DNA of 64,000 bases from an uncultured Lachnospiraceae bacterium (GCA_900549995.1 URQQ01000021.1:1005-65004), one strand, 5' to 3'. Shown: positions 19,329-29,095, counted from the stretch's first letter. Made by a program: numbers and translations. Notes: generated by a model not told the origin, from the sequence alone.

Positions 19329-20327
19329 CTATGATATCGGCGCAAAAGAATTTTTCAGTTCCCTGTACAATTCTTCCACTCTGCCTTTTTTCTTCGAATT
19401 AAAAAATATAGTTCTGTCTTTCAGTTTTATCAAAAGGACAGGTGCATAATCCTTATAGATATATAATTTACATTGTCCGTATCCCCGCAATGTAAAATTC
19501 CCAAGCAGATACTGTGAGGTATCTGCCCCGTTAGTGCGGATAAACCGCACATCCGGCATAGAATCCATCAGCTGTATCTCCTCAACTTCATCCATCTCAA
19601 ATGAAGTACTGTAGAAAGGCGATTTAATATTCACCTGCGTCTCTGTAATATCCATCTGATATTCCGCAAAATCCATCCACAAGAAAGCGGCCAATAATCC
19701 GGCCAGTAAAACCGTAACCAAAATCCAGGTAAGTCTTCCCATCACTTTTGCCGCCGGACAGGCCATATTCAGTGTATAATTCGAACTGCAGATATGGTCC
19801 GGTACCCACCAGTGTTTATCCTGTGGATTATAATAATACCCATTTTTCCAGTACTCATCCTCATCCGCCATCTTCTCCTGCCTGTCAGAACACTGGTTTT
19901 TCTGTGTCTCACGCTTTACAGCCCCTTCTGTATCTGCGGCAACGATGTGGCGTTTCCCGACAAGCCAGTGATTTTCTTCCTTCCAGTCATACATTTTCCT
20001 GTGATATGTCTTATATAAGCGCGGAACCTGCCAGTAGAGTGCGATACACCATCCGGCATACAGAATCATGTAGATCGATGTATAAATCCGGGTCGCTGCC
20101 AGCGCAGTTACCAGGGCTCCTGTAATCCCCAGAACCCACAATACCTTTTTCATATGAGACTGATACTCTGCCGCAATCCTCTTTGTCTCGGAAACCATCA
20201 GCCCCTCCTGAGGCAGATGTACGGACAATACGGTACCATTTTTTTCTTTTCCTTTGCCTGCATAAACAAACGCCACCGAAGCAAATAAAGTAACAGAACA
20301 AATCATCATGATCATTAAATAGAACAT
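19329..20327 (-). CDS. membrane protein with DUF5808-like loop and C-terminal bacterial PH-like domain
   Basis: 332 aa with 3-4 TM segments. 'YYYNPQDKHWWVPDH...YTLN' resembles DUF5808. The C-terminus 'YLLGNFTLRGYGQCKLYIY...PVLLIKL' resembles bPH domains. Confidence 0.5.
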   Translation of the reverse strand: MFYLMIMMICSVTLFASVAFVYAGKGKEKNGTVLSVHLPQEGLMVSETKRIAAEYQSHMKKVLWVLGITGALVTALAATRIYTSIYMILYAGWCIALYWQVPRLYKTYHRKMYDWKEENHWLVGKRHIVAADTEGAVKRETQKNQCSDRQEKMADEDEYWKNGYYYNPQDKHWWVPDHICSSNYTLNMACPAAKVMGRLTWILVTVLLAGLLAAFLWMDFAEYQMDITETQVNIKSPFYSTSFEMDEVEEIQLMDSMPDVRFIRTNGADTSQYLLGNFTLRGYGQCKLYIYKDYAPVLLIKLKDRTIFFNSKKKGRVEELYRELKNSFAPIS

Positions 20328-20392
20328 TCTCTTCCTCCCGCCTGTACAGCCAAATACTTTCGGATACTGTTTAAGAAAGAAAAGAAGCAGTA

Positions 20393-21577
20393 TTAACCGC
20401 TTCTTCTCTTCGTATGTTTATTTACATACATAGCCTCATCTGCACGCCTGTATGTATCATAGATCGTCTGATCATCTTTATCACTGTAAATTGCCCTTCC
20501 CACGGATACCTCCGCTTCAGATACGACCGCTCCGGCACACGTTCGGAATTCTTTCCTGAATTTTTCAATCCACCGTTCCATCTTTTCGTGAGTTGCATCT
20601 GCCATCATGACTGCAAATTCATCTCCGCCGATCCGGTATGCCCACATATCTTCTTCGAGCATTTTCGATACTGCCTGCGCCGTAGCCTGAATGTATTTAT
20701 CTCCGACCGCATGGCCGCAGGTATCATTGACCCTTTTCAGATAATCAATATCCATGATAAACATCCCCAGATTCTTCTGTTTTCCCTCTGCATGAAAATT
20801 CTGCATATCACATTCAAATGCATTTCTGCTTTTCAATTTCGTCAGCTGATCCGTATTATACAAATCCTGGTTCTTCGGGTTGGAGATTCTCCGGAAACGT
20901 TTGGCTGAAATAAAAAATGCCAATACACAGATCAGGAAAATGACTGCCGGTGTTATGATCTTTAAATTCCGGTATGTGTCATACTGTCCTTCAGCATCAA
21001 ACTCCATCCCTACCACTCCGATGACTTTCCCTGATCCATCCGCATGTTCATGAATTGGGTAGTATGCGAGGAAAATTTTCCCCCATGATGTGCTGAGTAT
21101 CTTCTGCGGAAGTACAGTTTTTCCCTCATATGCTTTCTTGATATCCGGAAGATTTTCCGCCTCGATTTTATCTCCCGGATTTCTGAAATCCGGAGAATTC
21201 AGAGAAAGGCCATCTACCAGATATATATACGTTCCATCCGGCGTCTGGCTGGCCGTATAAAGATAACGTATATGGGATGTCTCCCTGATCGTCTGCATCA
21301 TCTGCTGCATCTCCTGATATGTCTCAGTCTCCATATCATTCTTCTCTTTGAGCGTAACAAAAGATTTCTTATCCAGTGATTTGTCCAGAAACTCATACAC
21401 CGCTTCCGATCTTTTTGTCAGGGAGCTTATCATCGAATTATATGTGATCACATAATTAAAAATAAAAATGCATACACAGGCGCATACTACAAGAAGACAG
21501 GACAACACGGATACCTGTACATCTACTCTGTCTGCATATTTCCGAATCTTCTTTCGCATTTTTCTGATTTTGTCCAT
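20393..21577 (-). CDS. membrane-anchored diguanylate cyclase (GGDEF) with extracytoplasmic sensor region
   Basis: TM, ~190-aa loop, TM, then a GGDEF domain with intact 'RIGGDEFAV'. No RxxD I-site at the usual position ('LEEDMWAYRIGGDEF'). The start is uncertain (ATG 21577 or TTG 21616). Confidence 0.85.
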   Translation of the reverse strand: MDKIRKMRKKIRKYADRVDVQVSVLSCLLVVCACVCIFIFNYVITYNSMISSLTKRSEAVYEFLDKSLDKKSFVTLKEKNDMETETYQEMQQMMQTIRETSHIRYLYTASQTPDGTYIYLVDGLSLNSPDFRNPGDKIEAENLPDIKKAYEGKTVLPQKILSTSWGKIFLAYYPIHEHADGSGKVIGVVGMEFDAEGQYDTYRNLKIITPAVIFLICVLAFFISAKRFRRISNPKNQDLYNTDQLTKLKSRNAFECDMQNFHAEGKQKNLGMFIMDIDYLKRVNDTCGHAVGDKYIQATAQAVSKMLEEDMWAYRIGGDEFAVMMADATHEKMERWIEKFRKEFRTCAGAVVSEAEVSVGRAIYSDKDDQTIYDTYRRADEAMYVNKHTKRRSG

Positions 21578-21617
21578 ACCGTTCCCGACCTTTGCATTTT
21601 CCAAACATTGCTTCAAT

Positions 21618-22511
21618 TTATTTTTTCATACATGAAAGCAAAACTACTGCGCCGATAATACAGATAAATCCCAATAAATCTATCGGAAGGAACTCCACTT
21701 TCATCCAGGCAACGGTAGCAATCGTAGCCGTCAGAGGTTCTACCGAAGCGAATAAACTTGCCCTGGCAGCTCCAATCAGCCTGACCCCTTCCATATAGGT
21801 TCCGAAAGATAAAATAGTTCCGACAAGAACGACAACTAAAAGTGCGAGCACTGTCTGATAGTCCCATACCCCCGGCACATCCAGAGGTTTTGTGAACAGA
21901 CAGAGGAAAATCCCGCCGATCAGCATTCCCCAGCCGATGACAGAAAATGTTCCGTATTTGTTCATCAACTGTCCCGGAATCAGGTTATAAAGCATCATGG
22001 CAACTGCCGAAGCAAGACCCCAGATTAACGTTTTCTGTGAAATTGCAAGTGAAGTAATATTCCCATGTGTCGCCAGAAGAACGGTACCTGCCACCGCCAG
22101 AACAAGTGCTGCCATCTCACCTTTTCCAGGCATTTTCCGGTTCCTGACTGCAAGATACACCATGATCATGATCGGTGCTGTATATTGTATCGCTGTGGCA
22201 GTTCCTGCATTAGATTCCGCCACTGTCACGTAATAACTGAGCTGGCAGGCTGCCATTCCCAATACGCCGAACAGCAGAATGTGCAATGCATCTTTCAAGT
22301 TCTTCCAGATTGCAAACATCTGCCCTCCCTGCTTCAGGTATACCGTAAACAGTAAAATAACACCTGCGCTTACCAGCCTGATGCTCACCATCCACGGTGC
22401 TTCCAGCTGTTTCTCCTGAAACAGATACTGCCCGAAAACTCCCGCAAGCCCCCAGAAAATCCCTCCGATAATTGTCAGGGCAACCCCTCTCATCTGTTCT
22501 CTTTTTTCCAT
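21618..22511 (-). CDS. DMT-superfamily (EamA-like) transporter
   Basis: About 297 aa with ten hydrophobic segments. Start probably ATG 22511 (the track start at 22535 is TTG without an RBS). Confidence 0.75.
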   Translation of the reverse strand: MEKREQMRGVALTIIGGIFWGLAGVFGQYLFQEKQLEAPWMVSIRLVSAGVILLFTVYLKQGGQMFAIWKNLKDALHILLFGVLGMAACQLSYYVTVAESNAGTATAIQYTAPIMIMVYLAVRNRKMPGKGEMAALVLAVAGTVLLATHGNITSLAISQKTLIWGLASAVAMMLYNLIPGQLMNKYGTFSVIGWGMLIGGIFLCLFTKPLDVPGVWDYQTVLALLVVVLVGTILSFGTYMEGVRLIGAARASLFASVEPLTATIATVAWMKVEFLPIDLLGFICIIGAVVLLSCMKK

Positions 22512-22541
22512 AGTTCTTCTGTATCCTTCTGCCAAATATAT

Positions 22542-23123
22542 TTATGCTTTAAATTTTTCCATCATCACCGGCATATACTCTTTGCTGTAAGCCGCAAGAG
22601 AATATCCGCCTTTGCTCAGACACCACTCTGTAACAAGTGCCCGCTCACACATTGCATAGTATTTTGTGATTGCGCTTCCTGCTTTGTCTCTCGTGATCTG
22701 CCCTTTTTTCTGTCCATCTTCGATAATTCTTCCGATCAGTTTATAATAGGTCCTGTTCTGATCCAGAAGACTGCTTTCACTCTTTGTAATCAGCTGGGTC
22801 GAGTAAAGCGAAGCCACAAGTTCATAGCTGATCCTCTTTTCCATCATAGCATGCATCTCATAGTTCAGATACAAAAGCTTCACAAAATTATTCATATTGG
22901 GATCCATATTTTCTTCCAGCTCTTCATACCATTCATCCAGTATCGTCGATAATGTTGTGAGAAGCGCATCTTTCCCCTCAAAATAATAATAGAAAGATCC
23001 CTTTGAAGTCTCAGAGAGATTAATAATATCGTCTACTGTAGTGTTATCATATCCTTTATCATAAAAAAGTTCCCATGCTGCATCAACAATCCGTTCTTTC
23101 ACACCTTTTTTGTTTTCTTCCAT
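22542..23123 (-). CDS. TetR/AcrR-family transcriptional regulator
   Basis: 193 aa. N-terminal HTH 'GYDNTTVDDIINLSETSKGSFYYYFEGKDAL'. Confidence 0.9.
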   Translation of the reverse strand: MEENKKGVKERIVDAAWELFYDKGYDNTTVDDIINLSETSKGSFYYYFEGKDALLTTLSTILDEWYEELEENMDPNMNNFVKLLYLNYEMHAMMEKRISYELVASLYSTQLITKSESSLLDQNRTYYKLIGRIIEDGQKKGQITRDKAGSAITKYYAMCERALVTEWCLSKGGYSLAAYSKEYMPVMMEKFKA

Positions 23124-23213
23124 GTTCTCCCCCTTACTTTTACGTTCTTATTAATTAAAACACACTGTTTTTTGTACCACTGCAGCTTTCCTAAAGTTTT
23201 CTGTTTATGAAAA

Positions 23214-23247
23214 GAAAGCGTATTACGGATTTCCATAATACACTTTC
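23214..23247 (-). terminator. intrinsic terminator after the sugar ABC operon
   Basis: ~15-bp stem with two mismatches (GAAAGCGTATTACGG / CCATAATACACTTTC). Followed on the minus strand by TTTTC. Confidence 0.45.
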
Positions 23248-23362
23248 CTTTTCCAAAAAACTTACATGAAAAAACCAAATCCTTTTTTTATTATATACTG
23301 TTTGCGCTATCCCTGCAAGAGTTTAATCACGCCTGCTTCTTCATAGAAGTACCTCTCGCTTT

Positions 23363-24175
23363 TTATTTAATGCCGCTGAGTGTCATTCCTTTAATAAACT
23401 GCTTCTGGAATAAAACAAATATGATAATCATCGGAACCATAATCAAGGAGGCCGCTGCCATTGTCGCTGACAGATCAACGGTTCTCTGACTGTCAAAAAT
23501 GACAAGTCCAAGAGGCAGCGTCATTTTATCGATATCATTTAACATCAGAAGAGGATTCAGATAGTCATTCCAGTTGGCCATGGCTGTAAAAATCCCGATC
23601 GATCCGATTGCAGGCTTGATATTGGGAAGAATCACACTCCAATAGATTCTAAATGGCCCGGCTCCGTCCATTTTAGCTGCCTCACAGAGACTGTCCGGGA
23701 TGTCGCTGATAAACTGCCTTGCCAGATAGACAGAGAACGCACTGATAAGCCCCGGAACAATAAGCGCCCACATGGTATTAAACAGATGCAGTTTCTGGAT
23801 CATCAGATACCTGGGAATCATTGTTACCTGAGGAGGTACCATCATCGTTGCAAGCAGAAGAATAAATAACGCTTTTTTGGCCTGAAACTTATATTTCGCA
23901 AATATATATCCGATCAGTGTGCTGGTAAAGATCACTGCCACCGTTACGAACACAGTAATAAACACACTGTTAAAGAACCATTTGCCGATCGGTGCTTTTT
24001 CAAATGCTGTCCGGTAACCGGAAAGTGTCCATTCTTCCGGGAAAAACTTTGTCCTGTTCACCCGTATTTCCGCATTTGATTTAAAAGAAATCATAATCAT
24101 CCAAAGCAGAGGATATAGAATGGCTGCAGAAAACAGGCTTAAAAAGGCAATGATCATGTAATGATATTTTTTCAT
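23363..24175 (-). CDS. carbohydrate ABC transporter permease (MalG-like)
   Basis: 270 aa, 6 TM, EAA loop 'EAAKMDGAGPFRIYWSVILP'. Confidence 0.88.
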   Translation of the reverse strand: MKKYHYMIIAFLSLFSAAILYPLLWMIMISFKSNAEIRVNRTKFFPEEWTLSGYRTAFEKAPIGKWFFNSVFITVFVTVAVIFTSTLIGYIFAKYKFQAKKALFILLLATMMVPPQVTMIPRYLMIQKLHLFNTMWALIVPGLISAFSVYLARQFISDIPDSLCEAAKMDGAGPFRIYWSVILPNIKPAIGSIGIFTAMANWNDYLNPLLMLNDIDKMTLPLGLVIFDSQRTVDLSATMAAASLIMVPMIIIFVLFQKQFIKGMTLSGIK

Positions 24176-25053
24176 TATTCATACCCCCAGTCTGCTCTCA
24201 TCATTCTGTTCTGTACCATCGCGACTACGAACACGATCAGAAACAATCCTCCGGCTGCCGCAGATGCATACCCCATATCAAAACTTACGAAACTCGTCTT
24301 ATAGATAAAATTCGTCAAGACCATCGCGGAATCGTTCATTCCTCCCCCCGGAGCAAGGATACGAAACTGTGTAAACATCTGGAAATAATTCGCCATCGTC
24401 ATAATGGCAACAAACGCAAAGGTACGCCCCATCAGCGGAAGTTTCACAGAAATAAACCTGCGCAGCGGCCCTGCACCATCGATCCTGGCAGCCTCGTCAA
24501 ACTCTTCCGGCACCCCCTCAATTCCCGCGGAGAAAAGAACTACATTATAGCCAAGATCTGCCCATAGAGTATAAATAATGATAAACACCATAAATGTAGT
24601 GGTTGTTAAAAACCAGTTCTTTGGAGAAAGCCCCAGCAGCGCCCTGACCCGGTTGATCATCCCTCCGTCCGTCCCGAATATCCCATACTTCCATACCATT
24701 GCCGAACCTACCATGGGTGCGATACATGGAATAAACAGAATGGTCCGAAACAACGTCTTTATTCCTTTGGATGGAATGACTGAAATGATTTTTGCCAGAA
24801 ATAATGTGACTAAAATGTTGGCAGATACAGCCACAATACAGAAAAACAGTGTATTTTTCACTGCTTTAAAGAACTGCTCATCCTGCATGAGCCTTTTGTA
24901 ATTCTCAAGTCCTACAAACAAATTATGAGTGTTTGCAGGATTATAATCAAAAAAAGAAATTCCCAGCCCGTATACTACCGGAAAAACAGTAAATATAAAT
25001 AAAAAAGCAAAACCCGGCACTAAAATTACGGCCACAAAACGGTTGTTTTTCAT
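24175..25053 (-). CDS. carbohydrate ABC transporter permease (MalF-like)
   Basis: 292 aa, 6 TM, EAA loop 'EAARIDGAGPLRRFISVKLP'. Its stop overlaps the next gene's start. Confidence 0.88.
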   Translation of the reverse strand: MKNNRFVAVILVPGFAFLFIFTVFPVVYGLGISFFDYNPANTHNLFVGLENYKRLMQDEQFFKAVKNTLFFCIVAVSANILVTLFLAKIISVIPSKGIKTLFRTILFIPCIAPMVGSAMVWKYGIFGTDGGMINRVRALLGLSPKNWFLTTTTFMVFIIIYTLWADLGYNVVLFSAGIEGVPEEFDEAARIDGAGPLRRFISVKLPLMGRTFAFVAIMTMANYFQMFTQFRILAPGGGMNDSAMVLTNFIYKTSFVSFDMGYASAAAGGLFLIVFVVAMVQNRMMRADWGYE

Positions 25054-25117
25054 AGTAACGACTCCTTTCTCGTAATTTATCCTGCAGACTGATGTTTATT
25101 CTCCTATATTAAGAAAT

Positions 25118-25148
25118 GGCAGAGAATCCAGTGACGGTATTCTCTGCC
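25118..25148 (-). terminator. intercistronic stem-loop between binding-protein and permease genes (attenuator or mRNA-stabilising hairpin)
   Basis: Perfect 10-bp stem GGCAGAGAAT / ATTCTCTGCC with an 11-nt loop, 8 nt after the SBP stop. Followed on the minus strand by ATTTCTT. Confidence 0.5.
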
Positions 25149-25155
25149 CCCATTA

Positions 25156-26466
25156 TTAATCCATGGAATATCCAATCTGGCATTCTTTTGTAATCTTTTC
25201 AGATGCCTCTTTTAAAGCACCCTCTACATCTGGGTTATCAGACTGGCACAGGTTTGTAAATGTCTGATTAAATATCTCTCTCATGTCAGAAGTATTGTAA
25301 GGTCCCATCCACTGTCCGTCCGGAAGAATCTCTAACAGGAAGGAAATGTTTGGCATCGCCTCTTTATACTCTTGGCTGTCTAACAGTGATTTTCTTGGCG
25401 GAAGCTGGTTGCAGGCGATATTGTGCTGTACCAGATTTTCCGGCTCGCTGAAAAATTCTACGAATTTCCAGGCTGCATCTTTATTCTTTCCGTTCTCCGG
25501 CACGATAATCCCCCAGCCAGTCTCTGAGGCAAATGCCATTTTCTCTCCATACTGCGGAACAGCCGCATATTCAAAATCTTCTCCATAAGTAAGATCATAA
25601 GAATCGGTACCTTCTCCGATTGCCCAGGAGCCTACAGATGACATATAACCTTTATCCTGATATACATCGTTATAGCAGTATTCCTTTGCTGTAAGATTCT
25701 CCAGGTCACATTCTCCGTCTTTTACCATACTGATGATTTCGTTCATCGCCTTGATTCCTTCCGGAGTGGCAAAATTAATGGAATCATCATCATTTAAATA
25801 TTGTCCGCCCTGCTGCAGTATCATCGCGAGATAATTGCAGATCAGTGCATCCTCATCGATCATCTCAAATCCTTTTACTTCTACAATGTCCCCATTCTGT
25901 TTGGAAACCTGTTTGGAGATTGTACGCAGCTCCTCCCATGTCTGCGGATAAGACAGCCCCGCTTCGTTAAATAATTTTTTATTTACGATCATGCCGCCAT
26001 ATTCCAGGTTGAACTCCATCGGGACTCCATAGTATTTTCCCTCTTTCTGATAGATCCCCAGAGTTGGTTCCAGATAGTCTTCCGTCATTTCCTTTGATAA
26101 TTCCTCCGGAACTTCTGAGAGAGCATCTGATTTAATAAAGTTTGGAGCCATTCCGCCCCACACAGCAATAATATCAGGGCCCGCAGTACTCGATGTCAAC
26201 GCGGTCTGAATCTTATCATTATATACATCATAAGGATAATTCTGTACTTCTACCTTATATTCAGGATTGGCTTCCTCAAACTTCGCTGCCATTTCCTCAT
26301 ATGCTTTTACCCATGGTTCATTGTCATGGCACCAGAATGTAAGCGTCGTCTGATCCCCATCATTTTTCGCCTCACTCTTATTTTCTTTCCCCGAACTTCC
26401 GCAGCCTGCCGCTAATGCTGCTGTCATCACTGCACATAGTAACACACTCAGTACTTTTCTCTTCAT
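25156..26466 (-). CDS. extracellular sugar-binding lipoprotein of ABC transporter (family 1 SBP)
   Basis: 436 aa. Signal peptide with lipobox 'LAAGCGSS' and SBP_bac_1-like composition. Substrate unknown. Confidence 0.85.
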   Translation of the reverse strand: MKRKVLSVLLCAVMTAALAAGCGSSGKENKSEAKNDGDQTTLTFWCHDNEPWVKAYEEMAAKFEEANPEYKVEVQNYPYDVYNDKIQTALTSSTAGPDIIAVWGGMAPNFIKSDALSEVPEELSKEMTEDYLEPTLGIYQKEGKYYGVPMEFNLEYGGMIVNKKLFNEAGLSYPQTWEELRTISKQVSKQNGDIVEVKGFEMIDEDALICNYLAMILQQGGQYLNDDDSINFATPEGIKAMNEIISMVKDGECDLENLTAKEYCYNDVYQDKGYMSSVGSWAIGEGTDSYDLTYGEDFEYAAVPQYGEKMAFASETGWGIIVPENGKNKDAAWKFVEFFSEPENLVQHNIACNQLPPRKSLLDSQEYKEAMPNISFLLEILPDGQWMGPYNTSDMREIFNQTFTNLCQSDNPDVEGALKEASEKITKECQIGYSMD

Positions 26467-26625
26467 AGTCTTCTCCTTTTACTGTAATCGAATCTCTATG
26501 AATTATTATACTGGCTGGCCAGCAAGGGGACAAATTGATAAATCAAATATTCTTATTGATATCATCTATAAGCAGACAGCTTTTTATTACGCGGATGACT
26601 GTAAAACTGCCAGACACAGTAAAAC

Positions 26626-26649
26626 GCAGCCAGAATTCTATCTGGCTGC
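26626..26649 (-). terminator. intrinsic terminator of nrdD
   Basis: 9-bp perfect stem GCAGCCAGA / TCTGGCTGC with a 6-nt loop. Followed on the minus strand by GTTTTACTG. Confidence 0.6.
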
Positions 26650-26670
26650 GCCGTTTCAACTATCCTATTA

Positions 26671-29046
26671 TTATGCCTGATTATCGTCCGCGAATTTTTT
26701 AATATTAGATGCGTTCGTCAGTTTCTGAACTCCGTCTTTGCTGATCACAATCAATGTCGGCGCCTGACGTATATCAAACTCATCTACCAGTTCTTCATGC
26801 TCCTCAGCGTCGACCTTCTCAAATGCAATGTTTGCTTTCTCAAGCATCGATGCCGCCATTCTGCAGTTCGGGCATGTCTTTGTAGTAAAAAGCAGAGTTT
26901 TGGGTTCCTCTGAAACTATCTCTGTGTCCTGTTTCATCACTTCATCTGCTGCTTTTGTACGGAGTTTCAGCTTCGAACTTGTAATATCGTAAAGTTTCCG
27001 CTCTTTATACTCCTGTGCCTTTCCATCATTCCAGTTCTGTACCGGGCGGTAATATCCTGTAATCCTGCTGTAGACTTCTGTCTTTCCTCCGCATTCCGGA
27101 CAGGAGAACTGTTCACCGGACAGATATCCATGCTCCTTACAGATGGAATAAGTCGGTGACAATGTATAATATGGAAGCTCGTAATTCTCTGCAATCTTCC
27201 GCACAAGAGCGGCAGCGGACTTCCAGCTCGGAAGTTTCTCCCCGAGGAATGCGTGGAACACGGTTCCTGACGTATACAATGTCTGAAGCTGATCCTGAAT
27301 ATCCAGCGCCTCGAAAATATCCTCGGTATATCCTACCGGAAGGTGTGAACTGTTGGTATAATAAGGTGTTCCGCCCTCTTCCGATGCAGTAATAATCTCC
27401 GGGAACTGTTCTACGTCATGTTTCGCAAGACGGTAAGTTGTCGATTCTGCAGGAGTAGCTTCCAGGTTATACAAATCTCCATACTCTTCCTGATAATCTG
27501 AAAGCCGCTCTCTCATATGATTTAACACATCTTTGGCAAATTTCCTTGTGGATTCATGTGTCAGATCTCTGCCGATCCACTTCGCATTCAGACCTGCCTC
27601 ATTCATGCCAATCAGTCCGATTGTTGAAAAATGATTGTCAAATGATCCAAGATATCTCTTCGTATAAGGATATAATCCTTCATCCAGAAGCTTTGTTATA
27701 ATCGTACGCTTGATTTTCAGTGATCTTGCGGAAACATCCATCATATGGTCAAGCCTGTGGTAAAATTCTTTCTCTGTGGATGAAAGGTACGCGATTCTTG
27801 GAAGATTGATCGTCACTACTCCGACCGAACCAGTGCTTTCCCCGCTTCCAAAGAAACCGCCCGATTTCTTTCTCAGTTCTCTCAAATCAAGACGCAGACG
27901 GCAGCACATGCTGCGCACATCACTTGGCTCCATATCACTGTTAATATAGTTTGAAAAATACGGTGTTCCATACTTGGAAGTCATCTCGAACAAAAGCTGA
28001 TTATTCTCTGTGTCTGACCAGTCAAAATCCTTCGTAATCGAATAGGTCGGGATCGGATACTGGAATCCGCGTCCGTTGGCATCCCCTTCAATCATCACTT
28101 CTATGAACGCCTTATTGACCATATCCATCTCTTTTTTACAGTCGCCGTATGTAAAATCCATCTCTTTTCCGCCCACGATTGCGGGGATATTTTTCAAATC
28201 ATTCGGGACAGTCCAGTCGAGTGTTATATTGGAAAACGGAGACTGGGTTCCCCATCTGCTTGGAGTATTCACACCGTAAATAAACGATTCAATACATTTC
28301 TTCGTCTGATCGTAACTGAGCCCGTCAGCTTTGACAAATGGTGCCAGATAGGTATCAAAGGATGAAAACGCCTGTGCCCCGGCCCACTCATTCTGCATAA
28401 TACCAAGGAAATTCACCATCTGATTGCAGAGTGTTGCCAGATGCTTTGCCGGTGAGGATGTGATTTTGCCCGCGATTCCCCCCAGACCTTCCTGGATCAA
28501 CTGTTTCAGTGACCAGCCTGCGCAGTATCCTGTCAGCATGGACAGGTCGTGGATATGGATATCCGCATTCCTGTGTGCGGCTGCAATCTCATCATCGTAT
28601 ATTTCTGACAGCCAGTAATTCGCTGTAATCGCTCCGGAATTGCTTAGAATCAGTCCACCGACTGAATATGTCACTGTAGAATTTTCTTTCACTCTCCAGT
28701 CAGTTACATTCACATAACTGTTGACAATTTCTTTATAATCCAACACTGTAGATTTCATGTTGCGGATCTTTTCACGCTGTCTGCGGTACAGAATATATCC
28801 TTTTGCCACATCCGCATAACCAGCCTGAATCAGCACATGCTCTACACTGTCCTGAATATCTTCTACTCTCACCAGAGATTCCTTAATTCTAGGTTCAAAA
28901 TCCGCGGTAACTTTCAGCGAAAGCATATCTATAATGTCTGGATTATACTGCTTATCCTGTGCATCAAATGCTTTTGTAATTGCTGCCGTAATTTTGGACA
29001 AATCGAAATCTGCTATGTTCCCATCTCTCTTTGTTACCTGATACAT
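26671..29046 (-). CDS. nrdD: anaerobic (class III) ribonucleoside-triphosphate reductase with fused C-terminal thioredoxin-fold domain
   Basis: 791 aa. N-terminal ATP-cone ('VTKRDGNIADFDLSKI'), finger-loop 'RSMCCRLRL', Zn site 'CPECGG', glycyl-radical motif 'SRITGYYRPV'. These are followed by about 90 extra residues containing 'LFTTKTCPNCRMA'. Confidence 0.93.
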   Translation of the reverse strand: MYQVTKRDGNIADFDLSKITAAITKAFDAQDKQYNPDIIDMLSLKVTADFEPRIKESLVRVEDIQDSVEHVLIQAGYADVAKGYILYRRQREKIRNMKSTVLDYKEIVNSYVNVTDWRVKENSTVTYSVGGLILSNSGAITANYWLSEIYDDEIAAAHRNADIHIHDLSMLTGYCAGWSLKQLIQEGLGGIAGKITSSPAKHLATLCNQMVNFLGIMQNEWAGAQAFSSFDTYLAPFVKADGLSYDQTKKCIESFIYGVNTPSRWGTQSPFSNITLDWTVPNDLKNIPAIVGGKEMDFTYGDCKKEMDMVNKAFIEVMIEGDANGRGFQYPIPTYSITKDFDWSDTENNQLLFEMTSKYGTPYFSNYINSDMEPSDVRSMCCRLRLDLRELRKKSGGFFGSGESTGSVGVVTINLPRIAYLSSTEKEFYHRLDHMMDVSARSLKIKRTIITKLLDEGLYPYTKRYLGSFDNHFSTIGLIGMNEAGLNAKWIGRDLTHESTRKFAKDVLNHMRERLSDYQEEYGDLYNLEATPAESTTYRLAKHDVEQFPEIITASEEGGTPYYTNSSHLPVGYTEDIFEALDIQDQLQTLYTSGTVFHAFLGEKLPSWKSAAALVRKIAENYELPYYTLSPTYSICKEHGYLSGEQFSCPECGGKTEVYSRITGYYRPVQNWNDGKAQEYKERKLYDITSSKLKLRTKAADEVMKQDTEIVSEEPKTLLFTTKTCPNCRMAASMLEKANIAFEKVDAEEHEELVDEFDIRQAPTLIVISKDGVQKLTNASNIKKFADDNQA

Positions 29047-29095
29047 CGACCTGACCTCCTGATCTTTTCAATCTTCTCATTTTTTCTCTTTTTTT

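Noticed and set aside
20393-21577. GGDEF protein plus downstream membrane protein as a CBASS-like or cyclic-nucleotide defence pair
   Set aside because: The cyclase is a standard membrane GGDEF sensor, not a CD-NTase. There are no recognisable effector (patatin, TIR, nuclease, TM-SAVED) or Cap genes. The idea is kept only as an operon-level curiosity.
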